Of a stretch of DNA of 32,000 nucleotides, positions 1-9,829 are shown one piece after another (positions within the stretch are counted from its first letter, which is position 1; each line of letters opens with the position of its first letter). The stretch comes from Cereibacter sphaeroides 2.4.1. GTDB lineage: Bacteria > Pseudomonadota > Alphaproteobacteria > Rhodobacterales > Rhodobacteraceae. A program made the position numbers and the translations under genes. Where the stretch lies: assembly GCF_000012905.2 (NCBI RefSeq), contig NC_007489.1:60001-92000 (forward strand), given 5' to 3'. The notes below the pieces were generated by a model. The model was not told where the DNA came from and ran no database searches. It saw nothing but the letters and a program-made list of their open reading frames with translations.

Positions 1-491
1 GTGACGTCGTCGCCTTTCGGTTTCCGGTCGCCGATGTCGAAGGCGGCCTGCCGAAGACGCGCCCCTGCCTCGTCCTCGAGGTCGATACGGTCTTCGGCGA
101 GCGGCGCGTGACGCTCGCCTACGGCACGACTGTGCCCGGCGGGCGCAACCGCGGCTACGAAGTGCGCGTCTCGGACCCGCTGGCGCTTGCAGCCGCCGGT
201 CTGCATCGACCGACGCGCTTCGTTGCGCAGCGCCGGATCACCGTGTCGCCCGACAATCCCGGCTTCGCCGTCTGCCGGAACCTGAAGACGCCCCGGATCG
301 GCCGTCTCGCGAAGTCCGAGATGGACCGGCTGCAGGCCGTCCGCGCGCGGCTTCACGCCGAAGCCGACATCGCCGCGGACCGGAGGGCCGAGCGTCGGCG
401 CGAACTTGCGGATCGCCGTCCGCAGGGCGCCCGGCCGGCGCGTCCCTTCACGGTCGAGATCGTCCGCCGCCGCAAGCCCGCCACCCGCTGA
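1..491 (+). CDS. PemK/MazF-like (toxin-fold) protein, 5' end outside the window
   Basis: Frame 3 is open from base 3, with no stop before the GTG at 108, and third-position G+C is high. The translation DVVAFRFPVADVEGGLPKTRPCLVLEV..TLAYGTT..GLHRPTRF..PRIGRL follows the GDV-x-FP / RPxLVL / GT / T-x-F / IG-x-L pattern I associate with PemK/MazF toxins. This is a recalled motif only. Confidence 0.45.
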   Translation, partial: DVVAFRFPVADVEGGLPKTRPCLVLEVDTVFGERRVTLAYGTTVPGGRNRGYEVRVSDPLALAAAGLHRPTRFVAQRRITVSPDNPGFAVCRNLKTPRIGRLAKSEMDRLQAVRARLHAEADIAADRRAERRRELADRRPQGARPARPFTVEIVRRRKPATR

Positions 492-547
492 ACCGACGCG
501 CGGGCGCCCGCCTGCGTGCCCGCGCCATCCCCCAACAGGAGATCACA

Positions 548-982
548 ATGGACATCCCGACCCTCATCCCGGCGCAGAACAACCACCGCGTCGTGCATTT
601 CACCGGGAACGAACCGCCGCGCGACTTCGAGCGTCTCGAAGAAATCGCCGCCGACGGGATCGCCGCGGCCCGCGACGCGCTGGCCTTGTTGCCGCTGCTG
701 CCGACCCACCTCTTCAACCAGCTTCACGGCGTTGCGGGCGAGCTGCTGCCGCATGTCAGCGACCGTCGCCTGCTCAACGGCCGTGCGCGGCAGCACCTGG
801 AGGCCGTCGTCGAGGTGATAAACCGCCTGCGGCTGCAGGTGGACAGCGAGGACGAGGCGCTGTTCGGCGAGATCGGCCGAAACATCATCGCCGCCCTCGA
901 TGCCTCGAACCGCGTGGCCGACCTTCTCGCCGCCGAGAAGGAGATCGGCTGGCTGCGCGGCATCCGCGAGCCGCAGGGCTGA
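548..982 (+). CDS. hypothetical protein (144 aa)
   Basis: The ATG is preceded by AGGAG (537-541) with a 6-nt spacer. Third-position G+C is very high. No family recognised. Confidence 0.7.
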   Translation: MDIPTLIPAQNNHRVVHFTGNEPPRDFERLEEIAADGIAAARDALALLPLLPTHLFNQLHGVAGELLPHVSDRRLLNGRARQHLEAVVEVINRLRLQVDSEDEALFGEIGRNIIAALDASNRVADLLAAEKEIGWLRGIREPQG

Positions 983-1110
983 TCGGCGCCCGCCGACCGC
1001 GCCCGAAAACCCCCGGAAAAAAATCTCGCCGCGTGTTTCCGCCCCGCGCGCGGCGAACTCACTTCCAGATCCGTCCGAAAATGGACCGCTCACACCAGAG
1101 GAAGACGTCA

Positions 1111-1263
1111 ATGTCCCGCATCATCCCCCTGCCTCCGAAACCCGCGCCCGCCCTGCATCTTGCGGCCGCCAACGAGAACCCCGGCGGCGCGACCGAAGCG
1201 ACGATCGCGCTGCGCTCGCTCGTGACCGTCATCGCCCGCGACCACGCACCCGCCTGCGCGTAG
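1111..1263 (+). CDS. small hypothetical protein (50 aa)
   Basis: The ATG has a GAGGAA-like SD 7 nt upstream and GC3-rich codons. An 8-bp-stem hairpin (1275-1301) follows the stop. The ORF is short and no family is recognised. Confidence 0.3.
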   Translation: MSRIIPLPPKPAPALHLAAANENPGGATEATIALRSLVTVIARDHAPACA

Positions 1264-1353
1264 GCCCTTGGCTCGCGGGCAGCCGCCCCGGCGCTGCCCG
1301 CACATTCCCCTCCGACCAAAGCTGGCCCGCGTCACGGGCCGAGAAGGACAATA

Positions 1354-2016
1354 ATGCAGCTCCTGCCTGTCTTCCCCTCTCCCGAGGGCCTGATCCCTGC
1401 CAGTCTGCGCATCACCTATTCCAGCGTCTGGCGCGTCGTCGCGATCGATGGGCGCGGTCACATGTCGACACACACCGCCGTGGCGCCCTTCTCCCGGCGC
1501 GGCTGCGAGGAGTTCTTTCAGAACCACCTCGCGCAAAACGGACAGGCCTTCATCTGCGCGAAGTCGACCCCGCTCCTCGACGTGCCGCCCTGCGCGCAGC
1601 GCCCCGAAGAGGCCCGCGCCCGCATCACGGCCCTGATCGACGCGCTCGAAGCGAGCGGCGTCCTCTGCGACCCGCTCCTCCGCAACCTGCCGGCCGGCTG
1701 GGTGAAGCCGTTCGAGATCTTCGTCCGTGACCTCCTGCGGCTTCGCGAGACGGTGAGCTTCGAGGTCGCGCTGATGCTGCAGGCCGTCCTTTTCGGCGGC
1801 GACGTCCCGCTGGTCTTCGGCCAGCCCGAGATCCGCGACTTCGTCCGCGCGATGTGGGACTGGTTTGTGGCGCAGACCCGCACGCGCTGCATTCTCACGG
1901 GTGAAGCGGCGACGCAGCTCCCGAGCGGCCGAGTCGTGGGCCGCGCGGGCGAGAAGCTGCTCAAGCGCGACCCCGCGGCGTTCCAAGCACAAGTCTACGG
2001 CCCCGAAGCCGCCTGA
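1354..2016 (+). CDS. hypothetical protein (220 aa)
   Basis: The ATG has AAGGA (1344-1348) 5 nt upstream and strong GC3 bias. The stop TGA (2014-2016) lies 14 nt before the recombinase ATG. No family recognised. Confidence 0.75.
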   Translation: MQLLPVFPSPEGLIPASLRITYSSVWRVVAIDGRGHMSTHTAVAPFSRRGCEEFFQNHLAQNGQAFICAKSTPLLDVPPCAQRPEEARARITALIDALEASGVLCDPLLRNLPAGWVKPFEIFVRDLLRLRETVSFEVALMLQAVLFGGDVPLVFGQPEIRDFVRAMWDWFVAQTRTRCILTGEAATQLPSGRVVGRAGEKLLKRDPAAFQAQVYGPEAA

Positions 2017-2030
2017 CAGGAGACCCATCC

Positions 2031-3725
2031 ATGTCGCTGCCGTCCCACGGCTTCACCATCCTGCGCAACGCGCCCGACAGCGCCCGCGGAGCCACCGCCC
2101 GTTCGGCCCGTCGCGCGGCCGGCGCTGCCGAACCAATGCCCACCGGCTCCGGCCGGCAACTCGCGGTGCTCTACGCGCGCTACTCCAGCGCGAAGCAGAA
2201 CCCCATGTCGTGCGAGGATCAGCTGGCGCTCTGCCGCGAGACGGCGGCGAACCTGAACTTCGAGATCGCCGCCGAATTTTTCGACGCGGCGGCCAGCGGT
2301 CGTACCCTGCTGCGCAACCGTCCCGGCGTGTGCGAAATGAAGGCCCGCGTTGCGAAGGGCGACGTTGCCGTCCTCATCGTCGAAGGCATCGAGCGGATCG
2401 GCCGCCGCGCCCGCGACATCGCCGAGGTGTCCGAGTGGTTCGAGAGCCAGAACGTCGACCTGGTTGCCGCGAATGGCGGCCGGATCCCGTGGAAACTCGT
2501 GCCCTTCCACGGCGCTATCGCGGAATTTCAAAGCCGCGAGACCGCTGACAAGACCCGCCGCGGCCAGGTCGGCACCACGCGGCGCGGTCGCGTCTCGGCC
2601 GGCCTCGCTTACGGTTACCGCGTCGCGCCCGGCGCGGCAGAGTTCAACCGCGTCATCGATCCGGCTCAGGCCGAAGTGGTGCGCCGAATCTTCGAAGACT
2701 ACGCCGCCGGCCTCTCGCCACGGCAGATCGTGTCCACGCTGAATGCCGAGGGCATTCCCTCACCCACCGGCATGGCGTGGAACGACAGCACCCTGCGCGG
2801 CAATGCGCAGACGCGCGACGGCATTCTGCGCAACGAAGCCTACGTCGGCACGCTCGTCTACGGCCGCAACCGTTTCACCCGCGATCCCGACAGCGGCAAC
2901 CGGCTGTCGCGACCCGGCGAGGCAAATTCGATCGTCTATGTCGACCGGCCGGAGTTGCAGATCATCCCCGAGGATCTCTGGAACCGTGTGCAGGAGCGGC
3001 TTGAGAAAGCGTACAAACTGCGCGTGGCGCAGAAGCGGCAGCTGAACGAGACCCACCGCGCGCGGCACCTGCTGACCGGCATCCTGCGCTGCGGATGCTG
3101 CGGCGGCTCCATCACGATCGTGAACGGCGAGCGCTACGGGTGCTACAATCGAAAGAGCAAGGGGCTCTCGGTCTGCGGCAACCGCCGGACGATCCTTCGG
3201 CCGAAACTGGAAGAGGCCGTTCTCGCGCGCATCCGGGCGGGCCTGCTGACGCCGGACCTCGCGCGTCACTTCGCGGCGGAAGTGCGGCGACTCTGGGAGG
3301 AGCAATCGGCGGGCCAGACGAATGCGCCCGCGCGTCTCAAGACGGATCTTGCGCGGGTCAAGCGGTCGATCGAAAACCTCATCAACCGTCTGGAAGGCGA
3401 TGATCCTGGCCCGCACATTCTCGAGAGACTGCGCGATCGCGAAGCGGAAGCTGCGCGGTTGACAACGGAACTTGCGGCGCTCGAAGCGCCCGCAAAAAAC
3501 CGTCAGCCGCCGTCTGCCGAGGAACTCGTGGCCGCTTATCGGGGCCACGTCGATCGCATGGAGTCACTGCTGCGGGATCCGGCGATGATCGTCGAAGCGA
3601 ACGACCTGTTGCGACACATGTTGGGACACGTCTCCGTGCATCCGGACGCTGACAGACCGCGAGGATTCCGCATCGAGATCACGGGCGACCTGCTCACCTT
3701 CCTTCTGCCGTCCGCGTCAAAGTAG
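2031..3725 (+). CDS. large serine recombinase (resolvase catalytic domain + recombinase domain + Cys-rich zinc ribbon + coiled-coil tail)
   Basis: [13 protein letters not shown] carries the presumed nucleophile Ser52 (nt 2184-2186). Also present are GYRV..V.RIF / LN..GIPSP / WN.STL..IL.NE.Y.G and the cysteine cluster [38 protein letters not shown] lies 8 nt upstream of the ATG at 2031. An alternative internal ATG is at 2136. Confidence 0.9.
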   Translation: MSLPSHGFTILRNAPDSARGATARSARRAAGAAEPMPTGSGRQLAVLYARYSSAKQNPMSCEDQLALCRETAANLNFEIAAEFFDAAASGRTLLRNRPGVCEMKARVAKGDVAVLIVEGIERIGRRARDIAEVSEWFESQNVDLVAANGGRIPWKLVPFHGAIAEFQSRETADKTRRGQVGTTRRGRVSAGLAYGYRVAPGAAEFNRVIDPAQAEVVRRIFEDYAAGLSPRQIVSTLNAEGIPSPTGMAWNDSTLRGNAQTRDGILRNEAYVGTLVYGRNRFTRDPDSGNRLSRPGEANSIVYVDRPELQIIPEDLWNRVQERLEKAYKLRVAQKRQLNETHRARHLLTGILRCGCCGGSITIVNGERYGCYNRKSKGLSVCGNRRTILRPKLEEAVLARIRAGLLTPDLARHFAAEVRRLWEEQSAGQTNAPARLKTDLARVKRSIENLINRLEGDDPGPHILERLRDREAEAARLTTELAALEAPAKNRQPPSAEELVAAYRGHVDRMESLLRDPAMIVEANDLLRHMLGHVSVHPDADRPRGFRIEITGDLLTFLLPSASK

Positions 3726-3748
3726 GGCACTGACGGCACCACGCCACC

Positions 3749-3772
3749 GAAGCCTCCCCACGGGGAGGCTTC
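3749..3772 (+). terminator. candidate intrinsic terminator hairpin after the recombinase gene
   Basis: Perfect 10-bp stem GAAGCCTCCC / GGGAGGCTTC with a 4-nt loop, 24 nt after the stop. The downstream tract ATGCATTTCGG is only weakly T-rich. Confidence 0.45.
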
Positions 3773-3941
3773 ATGCATTTCGGCGTCCAGGTCGCTCGGA
3801 TTTCGCAGCAATCTCAACACGCTGAGGCGGAACCGCGCCATCTGCCAGGAGTCCCGCCGAAACCCGTAGATTTCGGGGGTATCAGGGGCATGATACCAAC
3901 CAGATGATCTCCCGCCTCGCAGAGGAAAGTGGACACCAGCG

Positions 3942-4904
3942 TCAGGCCTCGCGCAGATCCGAAATGTGCTTGGTGAACCACCGATAGGTTTCCGTGATCC
4001 CTTCTTGGAGCGCTATTTCGGCGCGCCAACCCATCAGCGTGAGACGGCCGACGTCCATTAGCTTGCGCGGGGCGCCGTCCGGCTTTGACGTATCGAACAC
4101 GATACGGCCTTGGAACCCGATTACCTCCGCGATCAGCCGGGCAAGATCGGCGATTGAAATGTCCTCACCGGTACCCAGATTGACGTGGCTCAGCATGGGC
4201 TGGGTGTTGGCGCGGTAGGTCTCGGCGTCGAGACCCATCACGAACAGTGCGCCTTTCGCCATGTCGTCTACATGCAGGAACTCGCGCATGGGGCGGCCCG
4301 AACCCCAGATCAATACCTCGTCCCGGCCCTCGACAACGGCTTCGTGAAACCGGCGCATGAGGGCTGGCAGAACGTGGCTATTCTCGGGATGGAAGTTGTC
4401 GCCTGGCCCGTAGAGGTTGGTCGGCATCACGGAACGATAGTCGGTGCCGTATTGCCGATTGTAACTCTCGCAGAGCTTGATCCCGGCGATCTTGGCAATG
4501 GCATAGGGTTCGTTGGTGGGCTCCAGTAAGCCGGTCAGAAGGGCTTCCTCCGCCATAGGTTGGGCCACATCGCGCGGGTAGATGCAGGATGACCCCAAAA
4601 AAAGGAGCTTTCTAACGCCTGCGGCATGGGCCTGATGGATCACGTTCGACTGGATCATCAGGTTGTCGTAGATAAAATCAGCCGGGTAGGTGTTGTTGGC
4701 GTAGATCCCGCCGACCTTTGCAGCTGCCAGCACCACGGCATCGGGCTGCTCGGTCTGGAAGAAGTCCCGCACCGCGGCCTGGTCAGTCAGATCCAATTCA
4801 GCGTGAGCGCGGGTGACGGTTTCAGTGCCTGCGGCTTCAAAGCGGCGAAGGATGGCGCCTCCCACCATGCCGCGATGGCCCGCTACGTAGACTTTCATCT
4901 CCAT
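3942..4904 (-). CDS. fcl: GDP-L-fucose synthase (GDP-4-keto-6-deoxy-D-mannose 3,5-epimerase/4-reductase)
   Basis: [16 protein letters not shown] Rossmann N-terminus, then SSCIYP..., [22 protein letters not shown] and LHVDDMA, which are typical Fcl/WcaG motifs. It starts 3 nt after the gmd stop. An alternative ATG is at 4898. Confidence 0.92.
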   Translation of the reverse strand: MEMKVYVAGHRGMVGGAILRRFEAAGTETVTRAHAELDLTDQAAVRDFFQTEQPDAVVLAAAKVGGIYANNTYPADFIYDNLMIQSNVIHQAHAAGVRKLLFLGSSCIYPRDVAQPMAEEALLTGLLEPTNEPYAIAKIAGIKLCESYNRQYGTDYRSVMPTNLYGPGDNFHPENSHVLPALMRRFHEAVVEGRDEVLIWGSGRPMREFLHVDDMAKGALFVMGLDAETYRANTQPMLSHVNLGTGEDISIADLARLIAEVIGFQGRIVFDTSKPDGAPRKLMDVGRLTLMGWRAEIALQEGITETYRWFTKHISDLREA

Positions 4905-4907
4905 GCG

Positions 4908-6029
4908 TCAGCTTTCGAGCGCCACGGGCAGGTGCAGCCCGTTCTCACGAAGAAGTCGATGGCGGCGGGCGGATTTCAGATCCTCGGCCACCATCTCGGC
5001 GCACATCTCGCGCACGGTCATTTCCGGTACCCAACCGAGCTTCTGCTTGGCCTTCGCCGGATCGCCTAGAAGCGTCTCCACTTCCGCCGGGCGGAAATAG
5101 CGCGGGTCGATGCGCACGATCACGTCGCCGCGCGTAACCTCAGGCGCCATATCGCCACAGACGTCTTCCACGACCCCGATTTCCTCCACGCCCTGCCCTT
5201 CAAAGCGGAGCGTGATGCCGAGCTCGGCGGCCGACCACTTGATGAACTCGCGCACCGAGTATTGCAAGCCAGTCGCAATCACGAAATCATCGGGTTTCTC
5301 CTGCTGCAGCATCATCCACTGCATCCGAACATAGTCCCTGGCGTGACCCCAGTCGCGGAGGGAGTCGATGTTGCCCATGTATAGGCAGGGCTCCAGTCCC
5401 TGGGCGATATGGGAAAGGCCCCGGGTGATCTTGCGGGTTACGAAGGTCTCGCCCCGGCGCGGGGACTCATGGTTAAAGAGGATGCCGTTGCAGGCGTAGA
5501 TCCCGTAAGACTCGCGGTAATTGACGGTGATCCAATAGGCATAGAGCTTGGCCACGGCATAGGGCGAGCGCGGATAGAATGGCGTCGTCTCACGCTGCGG
5601 TATCTCTTGCACGAGGCCGTAAAGCTCAGAGGTCGATGCTTGGTAAAACCGCGTCTTTTTTTCCAGCCCGAGGAAGCGAATCGCCTCGAGCAGCCGCAGC
5701 GCTCCCACCGCATCGACATCGGCGGTATACTCGGGGCTCTCGAAGCTCACCGCAACATGGCTCTGGGCGCCGAGGTTGTAAACCTCGTCCGGTTGGATCT
5801 GGGCAAGGATACGGGTGAGGTTCGAACTGTCGGTCAGATCGCCGTAATGCAGCTTCAGCCTTGGATTGCGGGCGTGCGGATCTTCGTAGATGTGGTCAAT
5901 TCGCTGGGTGTTGAACATTGAAGCCCGGCGCTTGATGCCGTGGACCTCATAGCCCTTCTCCAGAAGGAACTCCGCCAAGTACGAGCCGTCCTGCCCCGTG
6001 ATCCCGGTAATCAGGGCGGTCTTCGTCAT
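4908..6029 (-). CDS. gmd: GDP-mannose 4,6-dehydratase
   Basis: [52 protein letters not shown] and [20 protein letters not shown] form the canonical Gmd signature. Its ATG overlaps the upstream GT2 stop (ATGA at 6026-6029). Confidence 0.95.
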   Translation of the reverse strand: MTKTALITGITGQDGSYLAEFLLEKGYEVHGIKRRASMFNTQRIDHIYEDPHARNPRLKLHYGDLTDSSNLTRILAQIQPDEVYNLGAQSHVAVSFESPEYTADVDAVGALRLLEAIRFLGLEKKTRFYQASTSELYGLVQEIPQRETTPFYPRSPYAVAKLYAYWITVNYRESYGIYACNGILFNHESPRRGETFVTRKITRGLSHIAQGLEPCLYMGNIDSLRDWGHARDYVRMQWMMLQQEKPDDFVIATGLQYSVREFIKWSAAELGITLRFEGQGVEEIGVVEDVCGDMAPEVTRGDVIVRIDPRYFRPAEVETLLGDPAKAKQKLGWVPEMTVREMCAEMVAEDLKSARRHRLLRENGLHLPVALES

Positions 6030-6787
6030 CCAGTATGTCCTTCACGAGTAACGAACTGAGATACTTTTAAAGCGTTTTTTAGCATTAAGGTGCCAACTCC
6101 ACCAACCTCGTTTCGACGGATCGCGCGCAAATCCTCGCGACTTTTACATAAAACGCGTTCCAGCGACTTGTTGCTCTCGCCCCCCGTCCGCATCTTGACG
6201 AGAACGTCGGGAATGTACGCCAGTCGGATCTGACCGCGGACGAGCCATCGCAGTATGGCGTCGTAGTCGGCTGAGATTCGGAATGTCGGATCATAGGCCC
6301 CGAAAGATTCGAATACAGCACGCCGCAGATAAAGCGTCGGGTGCGGAGGCATCCACCCTCTCGACAGTTTGCCGGGCTCGTATGCTCCTGACGACCAATG
6401 CCGCAGAATACGGGAGGGATTGCGATAAGACACATAGTCGAGATCGCCGTATACCCCGTCGACGCGCGGATCACGAAATGCATGAGCAACTTTTTCGAGA
6501 ACCTTGTCGTGCGCAAAGAAATCGTCAGAATGCATGAGACCGATGATTTCCCCTGTCGACCGAGCAATCCCGCGGTTGATCGCAGGGTAGATACCTCCGT
6601 CGCGCGCACTTTCGAGAGATAACTCGGGGCGCAAATGCTGAGCTATTTCCTCCAGGGTACCATCGGTCGATCCTCCGTCCTGTATGACATGCTCCACCGG
6701 CGCGTAGGTCTGCGCTTGGACGCTGCGGAGCGCATCCGCAATTGTTTCACGACGGTTATAAACCGCAGTAACAACCGAAATCTTCAT
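6026..6787 (-). CDS. family 2 glycosyltransferase
   Basis: [40 protein letters not shown] and ..MHSDDFF match the GT-A fold N-terminus with a DD motif. The ORF track start at 6802 is 5 codons upstream; MKISVV (6787) is the more typical start. G+C is visibly lower than in the surroundings. Confidence 0.85.
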   Translation of the reverse strand: MKISVVTAVYNRRETIADALRSVQAQTYAPVEHVIQDGGSTDGTLEEIAQHLRPELSLESARDGGIYPAINRGIARSTGEIIGLMHSDDFFAHDKVLEKVAHAFRDPRVDGVYGDLDYVSYRNPSRILRHWSSGAYEPGKLSRGWMPPHPTLYLRRAVFESFGAYDPTFRISADYDAILRWLVRGQIRLAYIPDVLVKMRTGGESNKSLERVLCKSREDLRAIRRNEVGGVGTLMLKNALKVSQFVTREGHTG

Positions 6788-7039
6788 GTTACAGATTCTC
6801 AAGTGAGGCGCCGCCCGTCAATTTAGCCCAATCCGAGCTACAGAAACGAAAGCTTACTCAGTGGTAGCGCCAAGCCTTAAGGCTCACGCGCTTTCATTAT
6901 ATCCCAGATGGCATTAAACCGTTCATGGAGAATGCGGATCAACGAAGATCCACACGGCACGGCGTTAAAAGCTACCGCACGGCGTCCCGCTTCGTGACAC
7001 CGAAGGACAATTCAACTTGCCCCAAGAACACTGAGTTAT

Positions 7040-7390
7040 GTATCCGCAAAGCGCGGCGATTGGAAGACGTTTCGTTCCGATCACTGAGTCCACCCTGAAC
7101 AACGCTGAAGTTCTTGATCCGGCGAGAGAAAGCCGAGGTTTGCATCGCCATGGCCTGCGGAACTTCATAGGATTCCGAGTGTAATCCTGCACCGCCCGAC
7201 CACCCACTGGTCGTTCGGCGACGTCGCCGCATGCGTTCCGGCTCTCTGGCGAGGCCGTAGTCGCAACGTGGACTGAGAACCCAGACCAGCACTTCGCCGA
7301 CGGGACCTTCTTCCAGCACTGTCCGCCGGTCGACCTCACCTCGCTCACCCGCTGGTGCAAGCGGATCGACGAGGAGGGTGTCGGCAACAG
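7040..7390 (+). mobile_element. IS5-family transposase N-terminal fragment (degraded)
   Basis: Stitched + frames read ..AKRGDWKTF.., ARPPTG..HAFRLSGEAVVATWTENPDQHFADGTFFQHCPPVDLTSLTRWCKRIDEEGV. This matches the GRP..L..LSDEAV..RW.ENPY.QYF.GE.FFQH..P.D.SSLTRWR.RIGE.G pattern of IS5-family (DUF772-type) N-termini. There are stops and frameshifts, and the rest of the gene is missing. Confidence 0.55.
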
Positions 7391-7860
7391 AAGACCACCC
7401 AGCGTGGCAGGGAGCCGCATCGTCGCGGATCCAGCACCGGCGCCGCCGTCTCGTCCATGTAGAGGCGGAAACTGTCAGCCTTCAGCAGTTCCGCCATCCG
7501 GAGGCGCGATCAGCGCGGCCCGCCACATCCAGTCTGCCAACGCCGAGCCGGGCCACGACCACCTCTTGGCGGTTGATTCCCTATCAATGGCGCGCGATCA
7601 AAGGTGCTCCGGTCGAACAGGGCGTCCCTCGCTCGATTCCGCCAATGTGTCCATCATCTCGCTTCGCCCTCGTCGTTCCGTTTAGGCCCGTATGCCGGCG
7701 CAACACACGCCTCAATGGCCTCGAGGTACCGCATCGCGGTCAAGAAGGCCGTTTCAATCCCACCGAATTAGCGCGCCAGACGGTCGGCGGCACCAGCACG
7801 AAGGCCCCCTGCCCCGCCAACGGCCAAGGGCGCAAAGACTGCTCCTCTCCCTTCACTGGC
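7391..7860 (-). mobile_element. IS66-family transposase fragment (degraded, multiple frameshifts)
   Basis: Minus-strand frames read ..DRLAR*FGGIE.., PLIGNQ.., SALADWMWRAA.. and LKADSFRLYMDETAAPVLDP. These match the IS66 TnpC motifs FGRSSE, PLYRQ, STLADWVG and ADETP..VLDP. The fragment is truncated where it abuts the IS5 fragment. Confidence 0.5.
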
Positions 7861-7949
7861 CGCGATCCGGACGGCCGTCACCGCAGCTTCCATGCGGTCG
7901 CCGTATTGTGTAAAGCCGGCTAGGCTCCAGAGATAGAAACCCACGCAAG

Positions 7950-8113
7950 CTCGGGTGATGGGTGCAGATCGTTGGCTTGCGCCAGGAGATCGAGCCCCCC
8001 GCTTGCGCGAAGCGATGTGCGAGCGCACGCCACGCGGGCGAACCAGCTGGCAGCCCTCGTCGAGAAAGATGCTACTGGAGCGCGCCGCGAAGCCGGGATG
8101 CTCGGCTGAGTAA
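7950..8113 (+). pseudogene. 3' remnant of a serine resolvase paralogous to the gene at 14176-15060
   Basis: The + frame reads ..GAD..PRLREAMCERTPRGRTSWQPSSRKMLLERAA... The intact resolvase C-terminus reads KGADP..ARLEAMRERTPRGRTNWQPSSVKMLLERAERLGMLG. The nucleotide alignment done by eye is clearly homologous but diverged. There is no upstream catalytic domain. Confidence 0.55.
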
Positions 8114-8116
8114 ATG

Positions 8117-8766
<650 letters not shown>

Positions 8767-8833
8767 TTAAAACTAGTTGGTCTTTGCAGCAAGTTCAAGC
8801 ATCGGCTGTGACGCCCGTGTATCAAATCCTCGT

Positions 8834-9070
8834 TTACAGCGCGTCGATCCCGCGAACGAGTTTGCCACGCAACGCTTGAAGCGAGCCGACCCACGTGTCC
8901 AGTTCGACCAACATAAGAGTTTCCATCAGTTGAGGCATGATGAGGTAGTGCTCCTTGCGCCGCATTACCTTCGGGATCAGCGTCGTCGTGCCGCGCGCCA
9001 CTGTCCCCGCGAGGACAAGCGGTTTCACGACCCAGGTGGAGAACGGCTCAAGAAGGTAGCCGTGCAGCAT
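8834..9070 (-). CDS. hypothetical ORF (78 aa), possibly a gene remnant
   Basis: Moderate GC3 bias. An in-frame stop lies directly before the ATG and there is no convincing SD. No family recognised. It sits among gene fragments. Confidence 0.25.
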   Translation of the reverse strand: MLHGYLLEPFSTWVVKPLVLAGTVARGTTTLIPKVMRRKEHYLIMPQLMETLMLVELDTWVGSLQALRGKLVRGIDAL

Positions 9071-9184
9071 CTAGATGAACTGTCCACCACTCTGTACAGA
9101 TCGCCTACGTCGCCACCGTTCGACGCTCGCGAAAGCACGCTAGAGGCAAACCGTTGGCAGCGATAAGTTCCGCCGGGCGTGGCT

Positions 9185-9500
9185 CGGATTGCACAGCTCG
9201 GTGCGGGAGCGAACCGAAATTTTGGCCCTGACCCACCGCGTCCGGGGTGGATGCCGCGATCAGCGACGAGCTGAAGCGGGAGCATCGGAATGGCGCCTAG
9301 GACGTGACGGTCGCCAGTCTCACGCCGCTCTCGCTCACCCGCGCCGAGGCTCGCGAGGCGGCCAGCTACAAGGCCGGTGATGTGGTGATCTTGGTGCAAA
9401 GCGTGGAGGGATTGGAGCGGGATAAACTACACCGGGTTACATCCACCCTGAGCGCCACGAACGCGAGATGGAGAACCGCACAGGGCGGCCCTTGGCATCA
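9185..9500 (+). pseudogene. conjugative relaxase-helicase (TraA/TrwC, RecD-like helicase part) fragment
   Basis: Frames read SVRERTEILALTHRV, then after a shift GVDAAISDELKREHRNGA*DVTVASLTPLSLTRAEAREAASYKAGDVVILVQS..KLHRV. This matches the tl-IL-A-tn..V..LN..IR..L...G.L ... Y..GD.V.F pattern of relaxase helicase domains. It contains one frameshift and one in-frame TAG, and both ends are missing. Confidence 0.5.
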
Positions 9501-9800
9501 GTGACGGCGTGAAGTTTGGTGTTCAACCCGCCCTTGGTCCGACCGGTCAGACGCCCGCGCTGGTCGTCGGACCCTCTTTTTCGCCCGTAGGCTCGAAGCT
9601 GTGCGGTGCGCCTTCAGGTAGTAGGTCGCGTCGATCATGACGACCTTCTCCGCGCCGCCTGCGGAGGCCAGCCCCTCCATCATCCGGGCAAAGACGCCCA
9701 TGTCGCTCCACAGCTTCCAACAGTTGTAGAGGGTCTTGGGTGGGCCATAGTCGAGCAGGGTACATGCGGCGATTGATCGTCGAATGGTAATGCGACAGCG
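9440..9800 (-). mobile_element. IS5-family (IS427-like) transposase fragment
   Basis: The minus frame reads LLDYGPPKTLYNCWKLWSDMGVFARMMEGLASAGGAEKVVMIDATYYLKAHRTASSLRAKK. After a frameshift it reads GRLTGRTKGGLNTKLHAVTDAKGRPVRF. This matches YGP.KT.YNRF.RW...GVW..., MIDST..KAH and GR.+GGL.TK.H...D..G.P. Confidence 0.6.
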
Positions 9801-9829
9801 GGCTCATCGGAATCGGGCTGAAGCGGATC

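Noticed and set aside
353-1263. 252-aa (minus) and 285-aa (plus) ORFs overlapping the first small genes
   Set aside because: They have Arg/Pro/Ala-rich low-complexity translations. They are out of frame with, or antisense to, ORFs that have SD sequences and better codon bias.
6852-6890. tRNA-like D-arm string (ACTCAGTGGTAGCGC) followed by the palindrome AGCCTTAAGGCT
   Set aside because: No acceptor stem pairing, no proper anticodon stem and no T-arm (GTTCGA-type) can be drawn. At best it is a relic, not a tRNA gene.
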